A stretch of 26,575 nt of DNA from an uncultured Desulfobacteraceae bacterium (GCA_964483185.1 CAZACO010000001.1:1-26575); one strand, 5' to 3'. Positions 1 through 7,707 are shown, numbered from the stretch's first letter. Numbers and translations are program-made. The notes: generated from the letters alone by a model not told the origin.

Positions 1-2
1 CC

Positions 3-95
3 AACGGGGTGAAAAACATGGTTTTGAAATTTGCTTACCGGATAAACAGACTGGACGCCATCATCTCGCGACAGCACGTGCCGGTAGCCTTTTAG
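3..95 (+). CDS. rnfG: Probable C-terminal end of Rnf complex subunit G (partial, 5' truncated by window)
   Basis: Frame 3 reads NGVKNMVLKFAYRINRLDAIISRQHVPVAF-stop (TAG 93-95). 'NGVK' resembles the end of the RnfG FMN-binding helix (…SSRAVxNGVK), and the position directly upstream of rnfE fits the rnfCDGEAB order. The sequence available is very short. Confidence 0.5.
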   Translation, partial: NGVKNMVLKFAYRINRLDAIISRQHVPVAF

Positions 96-146
96 TACAG
101 ACCTGGTCAACGACTCAACTGTTCAACTATTTCTGAGGAAAGGACA

Positions 147-773
147 TTGCCTGCTACCACAAAAACAAATTTCCAGTTGGTCTCCAATGGCATCCTGAAC
201 GAGAATCCGATCTTTCGTCTGGCCCTTTCCATGTGCCCGGCCGTGGGAATCAGCACGACGGTCATGAATGGACTCATGTTAGGGATTGCCGTCCTCTTCG
301 TACAGGTGTTTTCAAGTTGCACAATAGCGGCCATCAAGGACTATATTCACCCCAGGATCAGGATTCCCACCTATACCCTGACGATTGCCACATGGGTGAC
401 GGTGATTGATCTGGTCCTGGCAGCATACATGCCTGCGGCCTACAAGGAGATGGGAATTTTCGTTAAGCTGATCGTGGCCTTTGCCATTATAACTATGAGA
501 TTAGAGATTTTCGCATGCAAAAACACGGTGTCCGCCTCTTTCTGGGATGGCATCGGCATGGGTCTGGGGTTTATGTTCGGCATGATGGCGCTCGGTTTTG
601 TAAGAGAATTATTGGGAATGGGGACGATTTTAGGGCACGACGTTTTAGGATTCCGGCCGCTCCTTTTCTTTGTCCTCCCGGCAGCCGGATTCTTCTGCGT
701 AGGCATTATGATGGCGTTGTTCAACTATATGGAGATTCTTTATAACCGGAAGAAAAGGGCCGAAGAGATATGA
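147..773 (+). CDS. rnfE: Rnf electron transport complex subunit E (divergent RsxE/RnfE)
   Basis: TTG start after an AGGA RBS. ENPIFRLALSMCP, RIRIP, GIFVKLIV…R.E.FA.KN, DGIGMGLGF and VRELLG motifs match the RnfE/NqrD family. Hydrophobic multi-TM protein whose stop overlaps the rnfA start (ATGA). Confidence 0.93.
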   Translation: MPATTKTNFQLVSNGILNENPIFRLALSMCPAVGISTTVMNGLMLGIAVLFVQVFSSCTIAAIKDYIHPRIRIPTYTLTIATWVTVIDLVLAAYMPAAYKEMGIFVKLIVAFAIITMRLEIFACKNTVSASFWDGIGMGLGFMFGMMALGFVRELLGMGTILGHDVLGFRPLLFFVLPAAGFFCVGIMMALFNYMEILYNRKKRAEEI

Positions 774-1732
774 AATTTCCCGGGCGAAGATATCTATTCC
801 CAGGCATTTTGGTTATTATCGCGATCTTCTGTATCAGCGGGTGTAAATCCGAGCACCGTTTTGTAAAGAAAACGGCCTTTAAAGAGGCCAACCAGATCGT
901 CATCGAGTTTGCCGGGCCGGTTGACGAGACCTGGGCAAAGGATCCTTCCAATTATATTGCTTGCGAAAAGCCTGACCCGGATATCAGGCTGAAGATTCAA
1001 CAGGTAACCGTCAGCGCGGACAAAAAAAACGTCACGTTGACATTTGCAGATGACCTCAATAAAAACCAGCCGCATGGGGTGACGGTCAACAATATTTCTT
1101 CTGAAGGGAGAGCATTGGGCACAGCCATCCTCAATGTTAAGAAGGTCTACCTCGGATATCTTTTTTCAATTCTTATCGGCGCGATGATTATCAATAACTT
1201 CGTTTTTACCAAGTATTTAGGTCTGTGTGTGTTTTTCGGGACATCTCAGAAGAAGTCCACTGCGGTGGGCATGGGGATCACATTTACCATCGTCATCATT
1301 GTCAGTGCAATGATGTCTTGGTTCCTCTACCAGTTTGTGCTACAACCTTACCGGTTGGACTTTTTGCAGATCGTTGTCTTTATCGGATTGGTTTCTTTAT
1401 CGGTTCAGGCGGTTGATACCATCTTAAGGAAGGTCAACCCGCTTCTGTTCAAGGCATTCGGGGTTTACCTGGTACTGGTCATCGCAAATTGTATTATTAT
1501 TGCCGTTCCCCTGATCCTTGCGGACAATCAATATAATGCATTTGAGAGTCTTATGCTTGCCCTTGGGGCCGGGCTCGGATTTTTGATTGCCCTGTTCCTG
1601 ATGTCCTCTGTCCGTGAAAGGCTGGAATTGGCCAATGTTCCCCCTACATACCGGGGCCTCCCCATCGCTTTTGTCGTGGCTGGCCTGTTCGCGCTGGCCT
1701 TTTTGGGATTTTCGGGAATGTCTATCTTTTAG
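770..1732 (+). CDS. rnfA: Rnf subunit A with an extra ~125-aa N-terminal lipoprotein/Ig-like domain
   Basis: The C-terminal ~195 aa have the RnfA motifs NNFVFTKYLGLC, AVGMG, LQIVVFI, ANCII, GAGLGF and RERL…VP. The N-terminus has a basic n-region, a hydrophobic h-region and a lipobox ISG-C (Cys25), then a beta-rich soluble domain. Confidence 0.93.
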   Translation: MKFPGRRYLFPGILVIIAIFCISGCKSEHRFVKKTAFKEANQIVIEFAGPVDETWAKDPSNYIACEKPDPDIRLKIQQVTVSADKKNVTLTFADDLNKNQPHGVTVNNISSEGRALGTAILNVKKVYLGYLFSILIGAMIINNFVFTKYLGLCVFFGTSQKKSTAVGMGITFTIVIIVSAMMSWFLYQFVLQPYRLDFLQIVVFIGLVSLSVQAVDTILRKVNPLLFKAFGVYLVLVIANCIIIAVPLILADNQYNAFESLMLALGAGLGFLIALFLMSSVRERLELANVPPTYRGLPIAFVVAGLFALAFLGFSGMSIF

Positions 1733-1733
1733 A

Positions 1734-1925
1734 AGTGACTAAAATAAGGTAAAGTGCCTAAAATGCCTAAAGTTTGGAGTGCCTAAAATTGCAAATGCCT
1801 AAAATGAGCTGGGGTGACTAAAGTTTCGTTCGCTCAAAATCCCGGGGTTTAATAAAAGGCTGACGCCTGAATTCCTTTTTAAGTTTAGCTCACTTTAGAC
1901 ACTTTAGACACTTTAGCTCACTTAA
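1734..1925. repeat. Intergenic inverted array of ~9-11-nt units (consensus GTG[C/A/T]CTAAA[G/A]T on the left, reverse complement ACTTTAG[A/CT]CAC on the right)
   Basis: Left arm units: AGTGACTAAAAT (1734), AGTGCCTAAAATGCCTAAAGT (1753), AGTGCCTAAAAT (1778), AATGCCTAAAAT (1794), GTGACTAAAGT (1814). Right arm 1881-1925: AAGTTTAGCTCACTTTAGACACTTTAGACACTTTAGCTCACTTAA. Confidence 0.85.
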
Positions 1926-1938
1926 CCAAGGAGAATTG

Positions 1939-2805
1939 ATGGATCCAATATTGGTAAAACTGGCACTTGGCGGGTTAGCCGTATTGGGGTGCATTGGCCT
2001 GTTTTTTGGTATCGGTCTCGCCCTTGCCGCACACAAGTTTGCCGTGGAGGCCAATCCCAAGGTCGAGGAGGTATTGGAGGTTTTGGCAGGGGCCCAGTGA
2101 GGGGGATGCGGCTTCCCAGGGTGTGAAGCGTATGCCGAAGCGGTGGTGACTGCTCCCGATGTTCCCCCCAACCTCTGCTTCCCCGGCAAGGCGGAAGTAG
2201 CCAAAATGGTTGCAGAGATAACGGGCAAAAAAATGGCCGCTGTAGAAGATGTGGTAGCGACTGTCCGCTGTTCAAGAATCGAGGGAAAGGTCAAAAAGAA
2301 GCTGAACTATATCGGCTATGGGTCATGTACCGCTGCGACATTAGCCTTTGGGGGCCCATCTTCATGCCGGTACGCGTGCGTGGGCTTAGGTGAATGCGCT
2401 GAAGACTGCCCTTTTGACGCCATCGACATGGTGGACGGTTTTCCGGTTGTTGATTCAGCCCTCTGCGTTGGCTGCGGGACCTGTGTCCGCGTCTGCCCAA
2501 AGGGGATTATCGAATTGATCCCCTTGAAGGCCAGGGTCTGGGTCCCGTGCAGCACCAGAGATCCGGGCAAGGCCGTAAAACAGACCTGCGAGGTGGGTTG
2601 CATCTCGTGCAAAATGTGCGTCAAGACGTGCCCCGCAGAGGCAGTTACATTGGAGGACGGCATTGTCAGGATCGATCACCGGAAGTGTATGGAATTCGGT
2701 CCTGAGTGCGGTGAGATATGTATTGAGAAGTGCCCCAGGGGTATCTTCAGAAGCTATTCAGGGAGCCAAAAGTCAGTCCAACAGACAACCATGGCGGCGG
2801 CCTGA
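1939..2805 (+). CDS. rnfB: Rnf subunit B (polyferredoxin), probable selenoprotein (UGA = Sec54), 288 aa
   Basis: ATG 1939 follows AAGGAG. The frame reads MDPILVKLALGGLAVLGCIGLFFGIGLALAAHKFAVEANPKVEEVLEVLAGAQ-TGA(2098-2100)-GGCGFPGCEAYAEAV…PNLC and continues in frame into the 2143..2805 ORF with multiple CxxCxxCxxxCP motifs. The TGA sits at the first Cys of the RnfB 'N-C-G-x-C-G-x-x-G-C' motif. Confidence 0.9.
2101..2136 (+). promoter_or_regulatory. Candidate bacterial SECIS hairpin directly 3' of the in-frame UGA
   Basis: Folded by eye: AUGCG(2106-2110)/CGUAU(2129-2133), bulged G2111, CUUC(2112-2115)/GAAG(2125-2128), and a G-rich apical loop CCAGGGUGU starting about 15 nt after the UGA. Not computed. 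Confidence 0.6.
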
Positions 2806-2822
2806 GGAAATGGAGGAAAATA

Positions 2823-3896
2823 ATGGAAAGAAATGGACGATTACATCATACATCGGGAATTATGAGTCGAAGGTCTTTTCTGAAGCTTTCGGGAATTCTC
2901 GGTATCGGTTTTGTCTCTGCTACAGTCATCCCCACCCGGGCGGAGGCCGTGAGGTTTAACAGCAGGCTCTACAAGATCTCCAAGACCCGGTTGGCCATGG
3001 GAACGTTTGTCTCCATGACACTCCTTCACGAATCGAAGGACCAGGCCCAAGAGGCGATGGGAGAGGCCTTTCTTGAAATCGACCGGCTGGCGCGGACCAT
3101 CAGCCGTTTTGATGAGACAACGGCCGTTGCGCAGCTCAACCGGGAGGGGTATCTGAAAGATATTCCCCCTGAGGTGGGAGAGGTGGTTGCCAGGTCGTTA
3201 GCGTACTACCGAATCAGCAACGGGGCCTTTGATATATCTGTCAAACCGGTCGTCGACCTGTTCAAAGAAAAGTTTTCCAAGGGTAAAAAAATGCCGCCCA
3301 CTGAAGCAGAGCTGAGGGAGGCGCTCAGGCTGGTCAATGCGTCCGATATCGAATTTGGGAGACGCGACGTCCGTTTCAAGCGTCCGGGTATGGGGATTAC
3401 ATTAGATGGCATTGCAAAGGGATATATTGTGGACAGGGCCTCCGGGGTCCTTGCCGGGCACCGGATAACGAATCACCTGATCAATGCCGGTGGTGACATC
3501 CGTACAATGGGCCACCGCCTTGACAAGAAGCCATGGACCATTGCGGTTCAGGATCCTCAGAAAGAGAAACATTATCCCGGCATTATTCATCTGACGGACG
3601 GGGCGGTTGCCACGTCAGGTAACTATGAGATCTATTTTGACCGGGAAAAGATGTTTCATCATATCGTGAACCCCCATACCGGGTTATCTCCCGAAGAGAG
3701 CACGAGCGTGTCGGTCTTGGCAGACACGGCCATGGAGGCAGATGCCCTCTCTACGAGTGTATTTGTCATGGCGCCCGAGCACGGCACACGCTTTATTAAC
3801 TCGCTTCCCAGATGTGAATCTCTCGTGGTAGCTAAGGGGAACATAAAGATCGAATCGGAGGGATGGAAAAGCGCGGCGATTTCAGGAATGAGTTGA
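2823..3896 (+). CDS. apbE: FAD:protein FMN transferase (ApbE) with a twin-arginine signal peptide
   Basis: ATG 2823 follows a GGAGG RBS, so the ORF-track start at 2730 is too far upstream. Motifs: MGT, LDGIAKGYIVD, NAGGDI, ATSGNYE, HIVNPHTG, ADALST. N-terminus SRRSFLK + hydrophobic stretch + AEA. Adjacent to rnf, whose RnfD/RnfG need covalent FMN. Confidence 0.93.
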   Translation: MERNGRLHHTSGIMSRRSFLKLSGILGIGFVSATVIPTRAEAVRFNSRLYKISKTRLAMGTFVSMTLLHESKDQAQEAMGEAFLEIDRLARTISRFDETTAVAQLNREGYLKDIPPEVGEVVARSLAYYRISNGAFDISVKPVVDLFKEKFSKGKKMPPTEAELREALRLVNASDIEFGRRDVRFKRPGMGITLDGIAKGYIVDRASGVLAGHRITNHLINAGGDIRTMGHRLDKKPWTIAVQDPQKEKHYPGIIHLTDGAVATSGNYEIYFDREKMFHHIVNPHTGLSPEESTSVSVLADTAMEADALSTSVFVMAPEHGTRFINSLPRCESLVVAKGNIKIESEGWKSAAISGMS

Positions 3897-3927
3897 GGGG
3901 TTGAATCGTCTGAAAAGTGCCTGATGT

Positions 3928-5292
3928 TTACATCGGGACATCTTCCTGCGTGTAGTTTCTGAACCGTGTGAGTTCTTTCTGGAAGGTTAGTTTAAAAAAG
4001 CCGGTAGGTCCGTTCCGCTGCTTCCCGATAATAATTTCGGCGATATTTTTGTTTTCTTCTGAATTCGGATTGTAAATCTCGTCCCTGTAAATAAAGGCAA
4101 TCACATCCGCATCCTGTTCAATGGCTCCACTCTCTCTCAGGTCTGCCAACTGGGGTCGCTTGTTGGGTCTGTCTTCCACCTTTCGGTTTAACTGTGACAG
4201 GGCTATCACAGGCACATCAAGGTCTTTGGCCAACCCTTTTAAAGATCTTGATATCTCTGACATCTCCAATTGTCTGGATTCGGCCGATCGCCGACCCTGG
4301 ATCAACTGCATATAGTCCACAATAACAAGTGCCAGATCGCTCCGTTTCTTCAATCTCCGGCACTTCGCCTTCATTTCGAGCACACTGATGGCAGAGGTGT
4401 CGTCGATGAATATCGGCATTTCCGACAACCGGTCGGCCGATTCGGTAAGGCGCGGCCAGTCGTTGCTCCTCAGGCTTCCGGTTCTCAGTTTGGTGGCATT
4501 TATCCCGGAATCAAATCCCAATAACCGGATACCCAACTGCTGCTTTGACATCTCTAATGAAAAAACGGCCACCACATTCCCGGTTTTCTTGGCAGCGTTG
4601 TACCCGATGTTCAGGGCCAGGGCGGTTTTTCCCATGCTCGGTCTTCCGGCAACAATGATCAGGTCTGAGGGTTGCAGCCCGGCTGTCAGGCGGTCAAACT
4701 GTTCGAATCCGGTCGGGACGCCGGTCACATAGCCTTCAAATTCGGCTGCACTCTCAAGTTTTTTGAAACTTCCGTCGATGACCTGTTTCAGGCTCTGAAA
4801 CCCTTCTTTGATCTGGTCCTCGGCGATATCGAATATGGACTGCTCGGCCGTTTCAAGAAGATCTGCCGTGCTTTGTTGATCCTGAAAGCAGAGTTCGGAA
4901 ATCGTAGAACATTGGCTGATCAATCTCCTTCGAACCGCCAAGTTCCTGACAATCTCGGCGTGGTAAGTGATTCCGGCAGAGGTTGACACTGCCTGGACCA
5001 ACAGCGCCAAGTAATCGGTGCCGCCTACCTTTTCCAGGCTCTTTTTTTGGGTAAGGACCTCGGACAGGGTGATAATATCTATCGGTTCGCCGCGTTGATA
5101 TAACTGGGCCATCCCGTCGAAGAGCGCAACGTGAGCTTCCCGGTAAAAATCGTCAGACGAGAGAATGTCCACAACCTGGTTCATGGCGTCATTATTTATT
5201 AATATGCCGCCCAATATGGCCTGTTCAGCCTCAACATTATGAGGGGGAACTTTCAAATAGGAAACAGGGGCTTTCTCTCTTACCTGAGACAT
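3928..5292 (-). CDS. dnaB: Replicative DNA helicase DnaB
   Basis: PPHNVEAEQAILG, Walker A AGRPSMGKT, SLEMS, VDYMQL, LSQLNR and DLRESGAIEQDAD. The start is ATG 5292, or TTG 5304. No intein. Confidence 0.98.
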   Translation of the reverse strand: MSQVREKAPVSYLKVPPHNVEAEQAILGGILINNDAMNQVVDILSSDDFYREAHVALFDGMAQLYQRGEPIDIITLSEVLTQKKSLEKVGGTDYLALLVQAVSTSAGITYHAEIVRNLAVRRRLISQCSTISELCFQDQQSTADLLETAEQSIFDIAEDQIKEGFQSLKQVIDGSFKKLESAAEFEGYVTGVPTGFEQFDRLTAGLQPSDLIIVAGRPSMGKTALALNIGYNAAKKTGNVVAVFSLEMSKQQLGIRLLGFDSGINATKLRTGSLRSNDWPRLTESADRLSEMPIFIDDTSAISVLEMKAKCRRLKKRSDLALVIVDYMQLIQGRRSAESRQLEMSEISRSLKGLAKDLDVPVIALSQLNRKVEDRPNKRPQLADLRESGAIEQDADVIAFIYRDEIYNPNSEENKNIAEIIIGKQRNGPTGFFKLTFQKELTRFRNYTQEDVPM

Positions 5293-5331
5293 AGCGACCT
5301 TCAATCCCTCAATTCCTCAATAGGCAATGGG

Positions 5332-5799
5332 TCAATTCGCCGGGGCCTTCTGCTCTTCTTCAGCCGACACGACGACCTTCACAGAGCCGGTTACCCCGGG
5401 ATAAATCTTGACGGCGACCTCATACTCTCCTAATGTCTTTATCGGTTTGTCTAAGACGATCTTCCGCCTGTCTATTTCAATCCCCTGGGCGTCCAGGTGT
5501 GAAGCGATGTCCATCGTGGTCACGGAGCCGTACAGCTTTCCTTCTTCACCCGCCTTCTGCGAAAGGTTGACCACAATCTCTGCCATCTTTTCTTTGACTT
5601 TTTCGGCATTCTGTCTGCCTTTCAGTCGTTTCACCTCAATCTTTTTCCTTTGCAGTTCAAGTGCCTTCATGTTTTGAGGTGTGGCTTCAAGGGCAACCTG
5701 ATTGGGCACCAAATAGTTCCGTGCGTAGCCCTTTGCAACGTTGACGATATCCCCTTCCAAACCCAATTCATCCACATCCTGACGCAAAATCACTTCCAT
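5332..5799 (-). CDS. rplI: 50S ribosomal protein L9
   Basis: MEVILRQDVDELG…VAKGYARNYLVP, GKLYGSVT, PIKTLGEY; GGAGG RBS. Confidence 0.98.
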   Translation of the reverse strand: MEVILRQDVDELGLEGDIVNVAKGYARNYLVPNQVALEATPQNMKALELQRKKIEVKRLKGRQNAEKVKEKMAEIVVNLSQKAGEEGKLYGSVTTMDIASHLDAQGIEIDRRKIVLDKPIKTLGEYEVAVKIYPGVTGSVKVVVSAEEEQKAPAN

Positions 5800-5814
5800 C
5801 GGTATTTTCCTCCA

Positions 5815-6762
5815 TCACGTAGATGGGCTATCCGCTCTCCTGTGAATTTTCCTGAAATCAACCCATTGGTCGAAGAGCCCGGCAAAGGTCAGCACGGCCA
5901 ACAAAAGCTGTTGGACGATAATCAAGAAATAGATGCCGAGCCTGATCCAGGAAGGAACATGGTATTTGTTTAAAAAAAACACAGTAATGGATAGCCCATG
6001 AAATAAATAAATGGCCAATATGACAATTAGGGTGTTGATAGCTAAAAATTTTATACTCCCCGACGACAAAAATAAAGCAAAACCCGCAGCAATCAGACCC
6101 CAGACCAGAGTGTCAGGCGCCTGCCAGCGATCCATTGAAATGAAGTCCGGGTAAGCGAGATCCCGCATTTTAAAGAGTGGTTTGGCAATAACGACATTCA
6201 GCCAGAGCGCAAATCCTGTCCCGATAATCATGAGGGAGGGGTAGATCTGTGAAATCGTCGCCATGAAGGCCCTCGCATATGCCTTCAACTCAAGGGCATT
6301 CTGATCGGCCAGGTTTGCACCCTCGTAGGTCTGTATCGCAGTATTGAGCTGCGCCCTCAAATAGTCGAGAACCATCTCAATCGGCCCCATATTTTTTGAA
6401 AGGCCGATGATAAAAAGCATCCCCAAGCCGAGAAGCAGCATAAATAGGGTTGCGAAAAATATGGTCTGCCCGAGGCTGAGATTCCTGCGGAAAAGCTCGC
6501 CCAACCCTATCCCTACGAGGCTGAATTCCAGGGCCAAAAGCGTGATCTGCGGATAGCCTGCAAAGTGGGCTATAAAGCCGATGGTACAGACGACCACTGC
6601 CGCAACCTTAATACCCTCAAAAAGGCCCAACCTGGTTGAATAATAGAGAAATGGTAACGGTGTCAGCAGGCTGAAGAAAGGGCCGACAAACGGGATCACG
6701 ATGGACGCCAAGAGAAGAGATACAGTCCCACCGAGACACCCCAATACATCAGTCATTTTCAT
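5815..6762 (-). CDS. YybS/DUF2232-family membrane protein
   Basis: Multi-TM 315-aa protein with LLTPLP, QG-like 'HGLS' and GLFDQWVDFRK C-terminal signature. It occupies the usual position between rpsR and rplI. Confidence 0.85.
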   Translation of the reverse strand: MKMTDVLGCLGGTVSLLLASIVIPFVGPFFSLLTPLPFLYYSTRLGLFEGIKVAAVVVCTIGFIAHFAGYPQITLLALEFSLVGIGLGELFRRNLSLGQTIFFATLFMLLLGLGMLFIIGLSKNMGPIEMVLDYLRAQLNTAIQTYEGANLADQNALELKAYARAFMATISQIYPSLMIIGTGFALWLNVVIAKPLFKMRDLAYPDFISMDRWQAPDTLVWGLIAAGFALFLSSGSIKFLAINTLIVILAIYLFHGLSITVFFLNKYHVPSWIRLGIYFLIIVQQLLLAVLTFAGLFDQWVDFRKIHRRADSPST

Positions 6763-6834
6763 GGGATTTCAAGAATGGTAAAAGCCCCCGAACCATCGAG
6801 AAGCCAGGGTCAGGATAATTGCAAGGGCTTAAGA

Positions 6835-7131
6835 TCAGTTCACAATGGATGTTGTATAGGGTAATAAGGCAATATTCCTGGCCCTCTTAATGGCCACGGC
6901 CAGCAACCGCTGGTGCTTGGCACAGTTGCCGGAAATCCTGCAGGGCGTGATCTTGCCCCGTTCAGTTGTAAAATACCTGAGAATTTTGACATCCTTGTAA
7001 TCAATCGTAAGGCTGGTGTCAGCGCAGAATTTGCATACCTTTCTTCTGTGATACGTTCTCCTGAACTTACCCCTGGCGCCCTTGTTTCTGCTATCACTCC
7101 CGTCTCTACTGTATGTCCTATTGTATGCCAT
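6835..7131 (-). CDS. rpsR: 30S ribosomal protein S18 (Zn-binding C+ type)
   Basis: RRKVCKFC…IDYKD…[33 protein letters not shown]. The start is ATG 7131 after a GAGGGGG RBS, overlapping the rpsF stop. Confidence 0.97.
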   Translation of the reverse strand: MAYNRTYSRDGSDSRNKGARGKFRRTYHRRKVCKFCADTSLTIDYKDVKILRYFTTERGKITPCRISGNCAKHQRLLAVAIKRARNIALLPYTTSIVN

Positions 7132-7528
7132 TTTCCCCCTCATCCTCTGTGCCGATTTCGTCAGTAGTTTCCTTCGCTTCTGCTCCGGTCTCCACCTTAC
7201 TACTCGCCTCTGCCTCGGCCTTTAACGCCTCAGGATCCGCGTCGTCACTCAGCTTGATCGTCTGATATTTGATAACCCTGTCATCTAAGCTCATTTCCCG
7301 TTTGATTTCTTCTATAATGCCCTGTTCGCCACAATATTGCAGGAGTACATAACTGCCTTTGTCAAATTTCTTTACTTCATAAGCCAGTGTTTTTTTCCCC
7401 CATTCGTCAACCCTGGTGACCACGCCCTTCTCTTTTTCGACGAGGGTGTTAAATTTGGCGACAACCTCTCGATAGTCATCGTCAGTCAGATCAGGATTAA
7501 TGATATAGAGGGTTTCATAATACCTCAT
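7118..7528 (-). CDS. rpsF: 30S ribosomal protein S6
   Basis: [14 protein letters not shown]…[18 protein letters not shown]…; acidic C-terminal tail. Confidence 0.97.
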   Translation of the reverse strand: MRYYETLYIINPDLTDDDYREVVAKFNTLVEKEKGVVTRVDEWGKKTLAYEVKKFDKGSYVLLQYCGEQGIIEEIKREMSLDDRVIKYQTIKLSDDADPEALKAEAEASSKVETGAEAKETTDEIGTEDEGENGIQ

Positions 7529-7534
7529 GCTTGT

Positions 7535-7636
7535 TCTCTCCCTTCGGCCTTTTTCCTGATAAGGATGTTGTTGGTCCCGCTAAACCGGTCCAGGCGGGGT
7601 TTGGCCCTGTGGATCGGTCCAGAGGACAAGGAGCCA
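7535..7636 (-). promoter_or_regulatory. Candidate S6:S18 autoregulatory mRNA leader
   Basis: The minus strand reads GGCUCCUUGUCC…GGGCCAAA…AAGGGAGAG-AUG. An anti-SD CUCCUU can pair with the rpsF SD, followed by a hairpin and CCA, resembling the S6:S18 leader layout (CUCCUU-P2-CCR). Confidence 0.5.
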
Positions 7637-7654
7637 TTTAAATTTAAACTATTA

Positions 7655-7683
7655 ATACTATCAGCCAAACCCTCTGATGTCAA
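7655..7683 (-). promoter_or_regulatory. Sigma70-type promoter of the rpsF operon
   Basis: Minus strand TTGACA (7683-7678), a 17-nt spacer, then TAGTAT (7660-7655), upstream of rpsF. Confidence 0.7.
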
Positions 7684-7707
7684 GGTATTAATTTCAGTCG
7701 TCAGACC

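Noticed and set aside
1734-1925. CRISPR array
   Set aside because: The units are 9-11 nt, tandem and inverted, without unique 25-40-nt spacers, and there are no cas genes.
2143-2805. ORF-track 220-aa RnfB starting at GTG 2143
   Set aside because: It lacks the TM anchor and the first Fe-S motif. The frame extends upstream through a TGA to ATG 1939, which has a proper RBS.
2803-2805. Readthrough of other TGA stops (rnfB end, apbE, FAH)
   Set aside because: These are at expected C-termini, are not at conserved Cys positions, and have no homologous sequence continuing downstream.
2730-2822. Extended N-terminus of ApbE in the ORF track
   Set aside because: It overlaps the rnfB 3' end. The GGAGG RBS supports ATG 2823.
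5815-6762. yybS without gdpP, and rpsF-rpsR without ssb/priB, as novelty
   Set aside because: This reduced arrangement is a common lineage pattern and not notable by itself.
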